Of a stretch of DNA of 20,863 nt, positions 10,103-20,863 are shown one piece after another. Every line of letters starts with the position of its first letter. Within the stretch, counting starts at the first letter, position 1. The DNA comes from Azolla caroliniana (taxonomy: Eukaryota; Plantae; Polypodiophyta). A program made the position numbers and the translations under genes. The notes below the pieces were generated by a model. It was given only the letters and a program-made list of their open reading frames with translations, was not told the DNA's origin and ran no database searches. Location: positions 1 through 20,863 of the forward strand of contig JBHGNT010000555.1 of the NCBI GenBank assembly GCA_043228905.1. The letters are read 5' to 3'.

Positions 10103-11373
10103 ATAGAGTTGCCAGAAGATATGAAGCTACTACCCTGGTGGTTGCTCCAAGGCATTAAAGATAACATATTGTTAATATCTATACTTTCTCGAGTGGCCAC
10201 CAAAGAGTTTAGCTTAGATGAGATGGTTACCAAGTTGCAAAAGTAAGTTATATGTTGTTCTTTGATTGACTTGTTGTTTGCTTTGATGGCTAGCCTCATA
10301 TTTTGTACCTTTTTTAGCAAGAATTGATGATGAAGAAACTGAGCCTGCCAACATGGGAAGAAGTAGAACATGCATGCCCAATAACATCATCATCATATAA
10401 GGCTTTGGAAGAGTTCTTCATTGTATTTAGAGAATGGATATGTGTCTTTATACTTTTAATTGAATCTTTGTTTATCGTGGTATTTCCGAATAAAATCGAT
10501 AATTGTAGAAACCACCTCACTCAAAAAAAGTAGACAACACTAATGAAGGCGTAGACGCACTTGGAACGTGTAAACTACGAAAAGAGAATGACTAAAGGAA
10601 AGGAGTTGGAAGTGCTAGAGGATTTAGAGCCTGTTAAAAGTTTTTGCATAGAGCCAACCCTTTCCAACAACTGTATTATGGTGTATTTAATGGGGAAGTG
10701 GGTGATATGCTTGACATATTACCAAAGAAGCACTATAAATTACTTATTGTTGACATACCGTATGGATTCCGGTTCACAAGATCCATGTACGATGATGTGC
10801 CATACAAATATCCCCACATAGAGAAGATGGTGAAAGACTTGGCAGGGTTGACCCTTTACACCATTGTGGAGGATCGTAATATTCATATCAAGGGTCAATC
10901 ATTATCAGTCACTATTTCTTTGAAGTCGCGATGTCATGCAACAGAACATATGCATTGGTAAGCTACAAGATGTTTTTGAACAATCGGATGGTTAATGCAA
11001 TTGAACATCTTAGCATGGGTTACTACGATTGAAGTACAGAGAAGAAGGCTTAGGCACACATCAATGAAAGAAATGTTGTCAATTATATCATGTGCCTAGT
11101 TGTGACGAAGAAGTTACGCCATGTATCTAGCAATAAGAGCCTTGTGAACCCCTACCAAAAACGGCAAAGATTAATCAATCGCCTAATCGAGCTCTTCTCA
11201 AACCCAAATGATTAGGTTCTAGATTTGTTGTCCTGTACAGGTATATTATATAAGTTTAATCACATTAATTTAGATTAAGTTATAGACTATGATTTTGTTT
11301 TTTGACAGGCACTACTACAAGATCAATAGATGAAGAAGCAGGGGACCTTGTCGACTTAGAAGATGTATCATAG
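10103..11373 (+). pseudogene. Intron-containing beta-class amino-DNA methyltransferase (N6_N4_Mtase-like) pseudogene
   Basis: Motif IV LLIVDIPYG (DIPY at 10752-10763), then HMHW and NAIEHLSMGYY, then VNPYQKRQRLINRLIELFSNPND*VLDLLSCTG|TT. GT-AG intron at 11241-11308. In-frame stops at 11030, 11051 and 11213. Upstream exon-like segments with a probable intron at 10243-10317. Confidence 0.8.
11241..11308 (+). other. 68-bp spliceosomal intron in the methyltransferase SAM-binding motif
   Basis: CAG|GTATAT...TTTTGTTTTTTGACAG|GC, very AT-rich; splicing creates the GGC codon giving S-C-T-G-T-T. Confidence 0.8.
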
Positions 11374-11562
11374 TTTGAACAAATCTATAATTCAGTTGCA
11401 TGTACCGAAGATGCTAATGAGGACAATCTAGAACAATCAGTTGATTCTGAAGAGTTTGTGTCAGGAATAATACTAAAGACAAAGAGGGACTTAGTACTAG
11501 AGATAGAGGAAGAAAGTATTATGAGGATTAATACAAAGAGGAAGGGAGTGTGTGGGACTCAC

Positions 11563-11939
11563 TGTCACGGATGAACAATTGGAAGACAAAGAGATGGGTA
11601 AGTTGATGAGATAGAGAGATAGATAAGTTGATGACAATGAGTACGAATATCTATTCCATGACTGGTGTTGATCTCCTTGATATTAACAAGGGAGATCAAC
11701 CCTTTTTATACATATAGTGATGCATGATAAGCATGCTCATGCCAAGTGATACATACTATAATATTAAGCATACTGATTCTTGCATGCCAAGTCTTACATA
11801 TTGAGTCTTACATACTAAGTCTTACATACTCGGTCTTACATACCGCTCTTTATACAAAGGTTTAAAGTCTAAAGTCTTTCTAGGAGAAATATATATATAC
11901 AAGGACCTAAGGCTTGAATTCGACTCGATGTTCATGACA
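11563..11939 (-). repeat. 3' LTR of the chromovirus
   Basis: TGTCAC...ATGACA inverted ends, adjacent to the PPT; includes four 14-bp GTCTTACATA units (11791-11844). Confidence 0.85.
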
Positions 11940-11941
11940 TT

Positions 11942-11952
11942 ATCCTCCCCTT
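11942..11952 (-). promoter_or_regulatory. Polypurine tract of the chromovirus
   Basis: Minus strand AAGGGGAGGAT between the pol stop and the LTR. Confidence 0.8.
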
Positions 11953-11963
11953 AAGTGCCAACT

Positions 11964-14900
11964 TCAAGAAGGTGCAGGTTTGTGAGGATATCGGAGATGA
12001 AAATCATGAACCACATCTGGGGCATTGAGTAAATTTTTTGCAGGCTCCCATGTGGCCTCAGAAATGGGATATCCTTTCCACAAGACCAGATACTGGAGAT
12101 TTCGTCGGCTCTTGCACGAGTCTAGAATGGTCTCGACTTCATACTCATCCCCGGTTGCCAATGCCACAAGGGGTGGCGGCTCGATGCTTCTTCCTAGAAT
12201 TGAGAATGGATGGTAGAGCTCAAGAAGAGATACATGGAAGACATTGTGAATTCGGTAGTGTGATGGAAGAGCAAGACGAAAAGCTACAGGGTTGACTTTG
12301 TCAACAATTTGGAACATACCCAATTTTTTGTAATCAAGTTTGTTGCACGGACGAGTAGTCAGAATATGTTGTTGTAATAGCCAGACCATGTCGCCGACTT
12401 TAAAACTAGGTGCATCCCGCCGATGTCGATCAACCTTCTCTTTGTGTCGTTCTTGAGCAATGGAGAGTTCAAGGGATAGGTCATGGTGCACTTCTTTCAT
12501 CAGACGAGCTCATTCTTCAGCAGATGGATTCACAGAACCAGCAGGGATAGCTATGTTAAAGCGTGGATGGAACCCATAGTTTGCGAAGAAGGGTGTTACG
12601 CTAGTTGATGTGTGGAGAGTATTGTTGTAGGCGAACTCAGCCATTGGAAGAAATTTGATCCAATCATCTTGTTAATAACTTATCATACATCGGAGATATT
12701 GCTCTAGAATCTGATTCACTCGTTCCGTTTGTCCATCTATCTCAGGATGGAAGGCTATCGAAAATTTTGTAGAAGTTCCAAGTGTTTGGAAGAGGCGTTT
12801 CCAGAAATGAGACATAAATTGGGGACCGCGATCAGAGATAATGTCGTCTGGTAAACCGTGAAGGCGCACAATATTTGTTAATAATAGATCTATTGTTTCT
12901 ATCCCTGAAATTGCTTTAGAACATGGAATAAAGTGTGCCATCTTTGTGAATCTGTCAACCACCACCAATACTGAATTGAATCCATCAATGTCTAGAAGGT
13001 CAGTGATAAAGTCCGTCAAGATGGAGGCCCATGGCCTATTTGGATTTGGCAAAGGTTGAAGTAGACCATAGGGACGATGATGTACTGCTTTGGCGCGGGC
13101 ACATGTATCACATGTTTTCACGAATTCTTTAACAAGTTTCCGAGGTTGTGGCCACCAATAACTTCTAGATATTAACTCCAAAGTTTTTGCAACGCCAAAA
13201 TGTCCAGCTAGGGCATCATCATGGCATTCCTTCACGATACAGATACAACAAGGACCATATGGGACATACATTAAGTTGTACCGAAAAAGAAAACCATCCC
13301 GAAACATAAATTTGTTATCAATATTCCGTACCTCGCCTTTGGATGAGTTGTTGAGATTCTCCCTAATCTCTTGTGCAAATTTGTCGATGGCAGTATTTGT
13401 GGCTATGGCATTGAGTAATGATTCATCCACGGCCATATAAGTTGCACAGAGTTGAAATTGATGTGGTTGTAGGAGACAATGTGATTGTTGATTGTAGGTT
13501 GCATCCCCTGGCCGAATTCGAATTCCGAACATCGAGATAGCGCATTGGCTTTACCATGTTGGGCACGAGGACGAAAAACAATTTCAAAGTCATAATCAGC
13601 CAGGAAGGTCAACCATCGCGCTTGCCTTCGATTGAAAATGCGAGTAGTGGTGAAGTAGACAAGGTTCTTGTGATCGGTCACCACCTGGATACGGTGTTGG
13701 GCACCCGCCAAGTAAGGACGCCATTCTTCAAAGGCGGCAATAATGGCAGAGAATTCTTTGTCGTAAATTGGGTAGTTGATCTCGAGGGGTGTGAACTTCC
13801 TAGAATAAAAGGCAACAAGATGAAGGAACCCGTTTTTATCTGATTGAGAGAGAATGGCGCCAATGGCGAAGTCAGAGGCATCAGTTTCGACTATAAATGG
13901 TTTGGTCAAATCTGGATGAAAAAGTACCGGAGCCGAGGTAAAAACTTTCTTGAGTGTCTTGAATGCCAGTTGGGTTGTTGGAGTCCAGCAAAAAGGGGAA
14001 TCCTTCCGAGTGAGTGCTATAAGTGGTTGCGCTAGTGTAGAGAATCCTTGGATGAATCGACGATAGAAGTTGGCAAAACCCAAAAATGATTGCACATCCT
14101 TGACCTTGGTGGGGACTTCCCACTCTTGAACTGTTGCGACTTTCTTCTTGTCCATAGTGAGACCATCAGATGAAATGACTTACCCAAGGAATTCAACCGA
14201 GGTTCGATCAAATTCACACTTCTCGGGTTTCGCATAAAGTCCATGTTCCCGAAGTTTGGACAAGATAAGTCGGACGTGCTTGGTGTGCTCTATGTAGTCC
14301 TGTGAGAAGATAAGTATGTCATCAAGATAGATGACCACAAATTGGTCCAGATATTCTTGAAAGATGTCATTCATCATATGTTGAAAAACAGCAAGAGCAT
14401 TTGTGAGACCAAATGGCATTACCATGTATTCAAAATGCACGTACCTGGTTCAAAATGTCATTTTCCACTCATCTCTAGGCTTGATACGTACCAAGTTGTA
14501 GGCACCTTTGAGATCAATTTTGGAGAATATACGCCCAGCCCGAAGTCGATCGAGGAGCTCGAGGATTAGAGGTAGTGGATAGCGATTTCGAACAGTGACT
14601 CGATTGAGCCCGCGATAGTCGATACATAAGCGTAGAGTTCCATCTTTCTTTTTGACAAATAGAATAGGAGAGCCAGCTGGAGATTTTGAGTGGCTAATGA
14701 ATCCCTTTGCGAGATTCTCTTCGATGTATATTTTGAGGGCCCTGAGTTTAGGTTCAGAGGGAGTTCAGATAACCCATAGATAGGGTCAAAAGGAGGACAA
14801 GCACCATCTTTCAAGTCAATTGGACAATCGTATGGGCGATGTTTAGGCAGGCGATCAACATTTTTCTTCTCAAATACATCAGAGAAATCATTGTATTTTG

Positions 14901-15873
14901 ATGGGAAATAGCTACTACATAGGGTAGTGTCTGGAGTGGACATGACTGCCATGTCCTTAGAATTAGAAATGGATGCAATTAACACTGTATCACTTACCCG
15001 AACAAGAGTGGAATCTATTTCCGAGGCCGACGCGGTTGGAACTATCGATGTTGTTTCTATTGGAGCAATCGTTGACATGGTTCTTGTTGAAGAGGAAATG
15101 GGAGTGACCACTAATGTGGTCCTCATTGGAGCGGAGACAGGAATCGGAGCAACCATTGATGTGGTCCTCACTAGAGCAGAAATAGGAGTTATTCCCGAAA
15201 CATGAGTGGGAGCAACTGTTGACACGGTCCTCACCGGAGCGGAGACTAGAGTCGGAGCAACCATTGATGTGGTCCTCACTAGAGTAGAAACTGTAGTTGT
15301 CCCCGAAACATGAGTGGGAGCAACCGTTGACACGGTCCTCATCGAAGTAGGTGGCCAAACAAATGGCGGAGCATTAGCTCGAAGAAGAGTGGAAGTAATC
15401 CCTTGTGGGCGAGAATTCGAGGTGAAATTGATGGAGCGAGATCGCCAATCCACGATTGGATTGTGAGTCTCGAGCCATGATAACCCCAAGATGATAGGAT
15501 GTCGAGGTAATGTGATGAGGTTAAAAATGATTTCTTCCTGGTGTGCTCCTATGTGGAGACTCAAGGGAATTGTTGTATCTATGATTACACCAAAAGAGAG
15601 CGTTCGAACATCGATCACTTCAACTGGAATCGGGACAATTATTTTGTTGCTTGGAATGTTGTGTGTCCATGCAAACATGATGTCAATAAAGCACGACGTA
15701 GCCCTAGAATCCAACAAAGCTTTTGTCTTTAGAGTGTTGGAGCCAAACTGAAGAGTGACTGGAAGTGTGAAGCTTGTTGTCGAAGAAGTCGGTTGATTGG
15801 GCCCTTGACACAATTGTCGACTCTTGTGGTCCAGATGCATAGCCCCTACTGCAACTGGACATTGGAGTTTTCC
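11964..15873 (-). pseudogene. pol: Chromovirus pol (protease, RT, RNase H, integrase, chromodomain), broken by stops and frameshifts
   Basis: PR: ALLDSRATSCFID (DSGA changed to DSRA). RT: [16 protein letters not shown]: ETDASDFAIGA, TDHKNL. INT: HDDALAGH..CDTC, DFITDL, SDRGPQF, DGQTERVN. Chromodomain: YEVETILD..YLVLWKGYPISEATWEP (about 11976-12146). Confidence 0.95.
15101..15342 (-). repeat. In-frame Thr/Ser/Val-rich tandem repeat (108-bp unit) between protease and RT
   Basis: RTVSTVAPTHVSG...RTTSMVAP twice plus a partial copy; identical DNA words at 15194 and 15302. Confidence 0.9.
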
Positions 15874-16368
15874 TGTTGGCAGAAAATGTTAACCCCATCC
15901 ACACGATGTGGTGTTCGGTGGGGTCCCCTTTTTGGGCAAGAACGGATCAAATGGCCAGGGCCGCCACAATAGAGACATAAATTGTTAGCTCGTCGATGTT
16001 GTCATTACACGTTAGTCAGTGGTTGATAGCGAATTCGATTGATCTCCATTGGGGAGCTAGAATCTATGGCGAGAGGTGACGATGAAGATGAAGTGGTTGG
16101 CCAAGGTGGATGGGTCCGAAGAGGACATAACTCTTGTCGAAACTCAAAGTGACGGTTATCGCAACGCACAGCTTGGGAAATAGCCTCATTCCAAGATGTG
16201 GGCTTAGGAAAGTTAAGCAAAAGATTTTTTATCTCACCTCGTAATCCTCGACAGAATTGATCGAGGAGGGCTTGTTCATCCCATTCCACACCGCACGCGA
16301 GCTGACGAAATTCAAATGCATATATTGATGCCGCACGTTCTCCTTGTTGTAACGTGTCAAAGATTGCT
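15846..16368 (-). pseudogene. gag: Chromovirus gag, C-terminal portion
   Basis: LQQGERAASIYAFEF..LA..W.E.AL..QF..GL (retrotrans_gag-like) and zinc knuckle CLYCGGPGHLIRSC at 15936-15977. Confidence 0.88.
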
Positions 16369-16395
16369 TGCGGAAGCGTTAGAAAGAACAATACA

Positions 16396-16434
<39 letters not shown>

Positions 16435-16825
16435 TACGCGGGAGAGACAGAGAGTGAGAGAGCAAAACACACTATTTTTCAAGATTATATGAATACTCTG
16501 TGCTCTATATCTACAACGCACTCATCAGCGCTATTTATACAAGTCCACACGGGACTGTTAGAAGTACGGTGTACTTCAATGCTCACACGAGCATTGTACT
16601 TCAATGCTCACACGAGCATCTGACACTAACTACGAGACTATAACTGCCTAGTAGTCTAACCTATACTAGGCTTCCGGTTACGGATTGGATCCGGCATACC
16701 GACTCCCCATCTCACCAATCCTTACTGCTTACCAGCTCGATTGCTTACCAGCATACCGATTCAACTCGCTTACCGGCTCAGGCTTATTCAGCCGATCCGG
16801 CTCCGGTTGAGCTTGCCGCTCAACA
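16369..16825 (-). repeat. 3' LTR of the copia element
   Basis: Minus strand TGTTGAG...CCGCA, TATAAATAG near 16531-16539, CT microsatellite, 25-bp tandem duplication at 16570-16619. The left boundary is uncertain by a few bases. Confidence 0.8.
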
Positions 16826-16839
16826 CTCCCCCTCAAGCT
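16826..16839 (-). promoter_or_regulatory. Copia polypurine tract
   Basis: Minus strand AGCTTGAGGGGGAG immediately before TGTTG. Confidence 0.85.
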
Positions 16840-17137
16840 CAACCTGAGGTAGGGTCGTAGTGTCAACCTCTGTGGCAGCCGGCTCTCCCAACCGACTTCT
16901 CCTGGCGTCGCTTCGCCTTGCTCGCGCTCCTTGTCCAGTCCGGTCCCGTTTGCCGCAACCCCTTTGGTTCTGCGCACCTCGACCTTCGGCATGTCTGCTC
17001 AATAGGCCCATGTCAGCTCCTTCGCTGCGATGACTCGGGCGCTTGCCGATCCGTCGGTTCCTCCGCAATGGCATCGACTTCCGCTGCGTCCGTGTCTCCT
17101 TGGCCTCTCGTTGATCCGACTCATCCGGATTCGTCTG

Positions 17138-20100
17138 TTAATCCGAATCGGCTGTCTCCGACTCGTTCCAGCTCTTGTCCGAATCGGTATCCTCCAATTC
17201 AATTTTCAGCTTCCGGCCTCTCACCACATCGGACCACGTCCGGGTCTTGGCCTTCTCTGTGCTTCCCTTGGCTTCTTCAGCCGGTTCACCGACTTGTTCG
17301 GATGTGCCAACTTCCTTCGTCGACTCAACTTCATTTTTCTTCTTGTCTCTACCTCTACCGGTTCTTCTCTTACCTACGGGTTCAACAGTTTTTTTGCCTT
17401 TGCCCGTTTCGGTAGTGTCTTTGCCCTTGCATCTCCCCCTCAAGTGCGGCACGTCGAGATGCTGAACACCAAGCATTTCGGTAAAGTGCTGCAACTTGTC
17501 CGACCTGAGCGGCTTGGTGAAGATGTCGGCAACTTGCCGATCCGTGTGAACATACCGTAGTTCAACTTCACCGCTCAGGACCCGCTCACGCACGAAGTGA
17601 TAATGCACTTCTATGTGCTTTGTGCGAGCATGGAACACAGGGTTCTTGGCGAGCTGCATGCTGCTGAGGTTATCGTAGTAGATCAGGATCGGGGTCGGTA
17701 CCTCGATCTATAGGTCTTGCAGTAGCCGCTGAAGCCAAATGGCTTCGCATGTGGCAATGGTCGCGCCCCGGTATTCAACCTCAATGCTGGATAGAGCCAA
17801 TGTTGGCTACTTTTTGCTGCTCAACGCAACAACCGCGCTCCCAAGAGAAAACATAAAGCCGGAAGTTGAGTGACGATCCGTTGCATCGCCAGCCCAGTCG
17901 GTATCCGTGTAGCCAACAAGCTCTTCTGTTATACCTTGCCAGTATAAGAGCCCCCGGTCCTTAGTGCCGCTTACATACCTCAGTATTCGTTGCGCGCACT
18001 GTAGGTGCTCGACGGTCGGCTTCTACATGAATTGGCTTACCACTCCGACCGGATAGCTAATGTCGGGTCGGGTGATGGTCAAGTAGATCAGGCTTTCGAC
18101 TATTTTTTGGAACCGTTTCTCATCGCAGGTTGGTCTGGAGTTGGGACGGATCTTCTGATTCCGGTCCAGGGGTGTGGAGACAGGTCGGCATTCCTTCATG
18201 TAGAACTTGTACAGCATATTCAACACATAATGGCGTTGAGAAAGCAATATGCCGTCGAGGGTGCGAATCACCTCGATCCCCAAAAAATAATGAAGGTCCC
18301 CCAAGTCCTTCATATCGAATGCGTCCGACAACTGGGACTTGACGCGGTTGATTTCCGGAAGACCTGTGCCGATGATGACTAAATCATCAACATAGAGTAA
18401 GATACACATCGGACCGTTTGAGCCTTGATGGATGAACAGGGAAGAGTCCGACTTAAAGGCAACAAACCCCATCTTTCGCAACCGGTGCGTGATCTTAGCA
18501 TTCCAAGCACAAGGGGGCTTGCTTCAAGCCGTACAACGACTTCCTCAGCCGGCATACCGCCGACTTGTTCATCTCCGACTGAAATCCAGGGGGCTGAGTC
18601 ATAAAGACTTCTTCTTCAAGATCTCCTTGAAGGAAGGCATTCTTCACATCCATCTGATGAAGATGCCACCCCCTTGCCACAGCAACCGCCAGTACCACAC
18701 GAACCGTCGTCATCTTCGCTACAGGGGCAAAGGTCTCGTCGTAGTCGATTCCGTGGGTCTGCGCATATCCCTTTGCCACTAACCAGGCCTTGTACCGGTT
18801 AACTGTACCGTCCACATTGTACTTTACCTTGTACACCCACTTGCATCTGATCGGTTTACAGTGACGGGGAGGGTCAACCAGGTCCCAAGTTCCGTTGGCA
18901 TCCAATGCCCGCATTTCATCCTCCATAGCAGCACGCCAATTTGCGTCCTTTGCCGCTTCTGCGTAGCTCTCTGGCTCACGCACTTCCGCGACCTTGGTCA
19001 TGTACGCATAATGATGCGCCATGTACTCGTTATACCCGTACCGTTTAACGGGATCCTTCTGGCGGGTGGACCGGCGAAACTCACCGTTACCCGGTATGAG
19101 ACCCTTCTTGGCCGGTTCGGTCTTCGTTCCCGAAGATTTGCCTATGTCCTTGTCGAAGTCTGATACGCACCGATCCGACTCATCATTGTCAGCCTCGAAT
19201 TCCGGCATCTTCTGCTTCCCTTTCTCTTTGCGTGTGAATCGTCTCCTCGGTTCCTTGCGCGGGGAGAGCACGACAGAGTCTCCACTACTCGCCGTCTCAT
19301 CATCCGACTGGTTGGACTGTTCCAGTCTCTCATTCGGTCCGCTTAACCGGAACGATTCCGGACTCTCATCTTGAGTCCCAGCTTCATCTTTCTCTACCTG
19401 GGCCGGTTCGGGCTCACTGGCCCCATCCTCCGACATCGGGTCGGGATCGGAAGTCGGAGTCGGTAAGGAATACCACGATGCCTATTCATCAAACTCGACA
19501 TCTCGGTTGACTCAGACCTGCTTCGTCCGGGGGTTATAATACTTATACCCCTTTTGCTCTTGAGCATAGCCGACTAGGATGTATTTTTCCGATTTTGCAT
19601 CCAGCTTTCTCTGCTTCTCATCCGGCACATGTACATAGGCTATGCTGCCGAATATCCGGAGGTGTCTCAAATTCGGCTTGTGCCCGAAATATAGCTCGTG
19701 AACTGACACCTTGTCCCCGATCCGGTTCTGGATGTAAACGCCCGTTTGGACCGCCTCCGCCCAGTAGAACTTGGGCATGCTCTTTTCCTCCAGCATTGCC
19801 CTAGCCGCGTCAATCAGCGACCGATTCTTCCTTTCGGCCACACCGTTCTGTTGCGGTGTGTATCTGCAGCTGAATTCTCGCCGAATTCCTTTTTGTTGCA
19901 GATAGTTGTTGAATTGGCCAGAAAAGTACTCTTTTCCGCCATCCGACCGTAGGCATTTGATCTTCCTCTCCGATTCCCGTTCCACCATCTTCTGGAGGCT
20001 CCGGAAACACTCGAAGACTTCGCTCTTCCGCTCAATGAGGTAGATCCACGTATGCCGCGTGTAGTCGTCGATGAAAGAGACGAAATATCGACTCCCGCCA

Positions 20101-20863
20101 ATGCTAACATTTTGTGTCGGTCCCCACACATCCGAATGGATAAGATCGAGCTTGTTACGGCTTCGATTTCTTTCAGTGGGGAATGGAAGCCGGTGTTGCT
20201 TCCCGAGTTGGCAGGCTTCACAAATCTGGGCTCTCCGGCCGCTAAACTTTGGCAAACCGAAAACGACTTGTTCCGTTTGCAGGTCTTGAAGCCTCCGGTA
20301 GTTGACGTGGCCGATGCGCTTGTGCCACAGGTCGATATCCAACTCAACCTTCTGGCCTTTGGCGAACAGTGCGGTGCCGACATCATTGGTGTTGAGGATA
20401 AACATCCTCCCATCTCTACGCCCTTGCGCAATAACTTCGCCCTCATCCTCAATGAAGCACCCGAGATGCGTAAACCGCACCTGCATCCCCTGGTCGACGA
20501 TCTGTCTGACTGACACCAGGTTCTTCGTGATCGTCGGAACATGTAATACATTCATCAACTTCCCCCTCTGTCCGACGTGGCTCAAAGGGACTTCTCCGAC
20601 GTGCACGATCGGGTGGGGAGTGTCATCTCCGGTTTCGACAACTTCCAGTTGATCCGGCTTCTCCAAAAAGGAGAACCACTCCCCGTGGCTCGTCATGTGG
20701 TTCGATGCGCCGGAGTCAACGTACCACACTTCCTCCGATTTGGAAGTGGTCTTCTTCATTGAGTTTGCCTTGTGCTTCATCACCAAGGCTGGCCCCTTAC
20801 CGTTCTTGGATCCTCCCGATCCGTTTGCGTAGTGCGAGCTTTGCCGGCCTCCCTTACCGGTCT
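17138..20863 (-). pseudogene. pol: Copia polyprotein (protease, GAG-pre-integrase, integrase, RT, RNase H) with stops and frameshifts
   Basis: WYVDSGASNHMT; LWHKRIGH..CEAC; HSDVWGP, SDGGKEY, NGVAERKNR; [17 protein letters not shown]; ARTKHIEVHYHFVRE, ADIFTKPL. Confidence 0.95.

Larger units (their letters stand above)
11563..16368 (-). mobile_element. Ty3/gypsy chromovirus (Tcn1-like), degenerate, 5' part displaced by the copia insertion
   Basis: gag-PR-RT-RH-INT-chromodomain order, PPT and 3' LTR. Confidence 0.9.
16369..20863 (-). mobile_element. Ty1/copia LTR retrotransposon (3' part), inserted in chromovirus gag
   Basis: PR-INT-RT-RH order, copia-type PPT and 3' LTR. Confidence 0.93.

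Noticed and set aside
10039-11562. Bacterial contamination or a restriction-modification operon
   Set aside because: It has spliceosomal introns, no endonuclease partner and is flanked by LTR elements.
16354-16623. ORFs with ERERER or SLSLSL runs (also at 8883-9391)
   Set aside because: Translations of GA/CT microsatellites in LTRs.
19814-20551. 245-aa overlapping ORF in the copia integrase
   Set aside because: Alternative frame of the integrase region, S/R-rich with no domain signature.

Overview
Eukaryotic, repeat-dense DNA, most likely from an early-diverging land plant such as a moss, liverwort or lycophyte (inferred from the retroelement types and a plant tRNA-Trp primer site). The window is a nest of decayed LTR retrotransposons. 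Element A has a split 5' LTR (2434-2584 plus 9819-10038) and a long coiled-coil ORF. Gypsy element B (2585-9814; two LTRs, tRNA-Trp PBS, about 4-bp TSD) is inserted into that LTR and carries two solo LTRs. A Tcn1-like chromovirus (11563-16368) has its gag interrupted by a Ty1/copia element (16369 to the window end). The only non-retroelement stretch (about 10039-11562) is an AT-rich, intron-containing pseudogene for a bacterial-type beta-class amino (N4-C/N6-A) DNA methyltransferase. It has a DIPY catalytic motif and a PYQK...VLDLxSxTG|TT SAM-binding motif split by a GT-AG intron, which the ORF track misses. All alignments and counts were done by eye.
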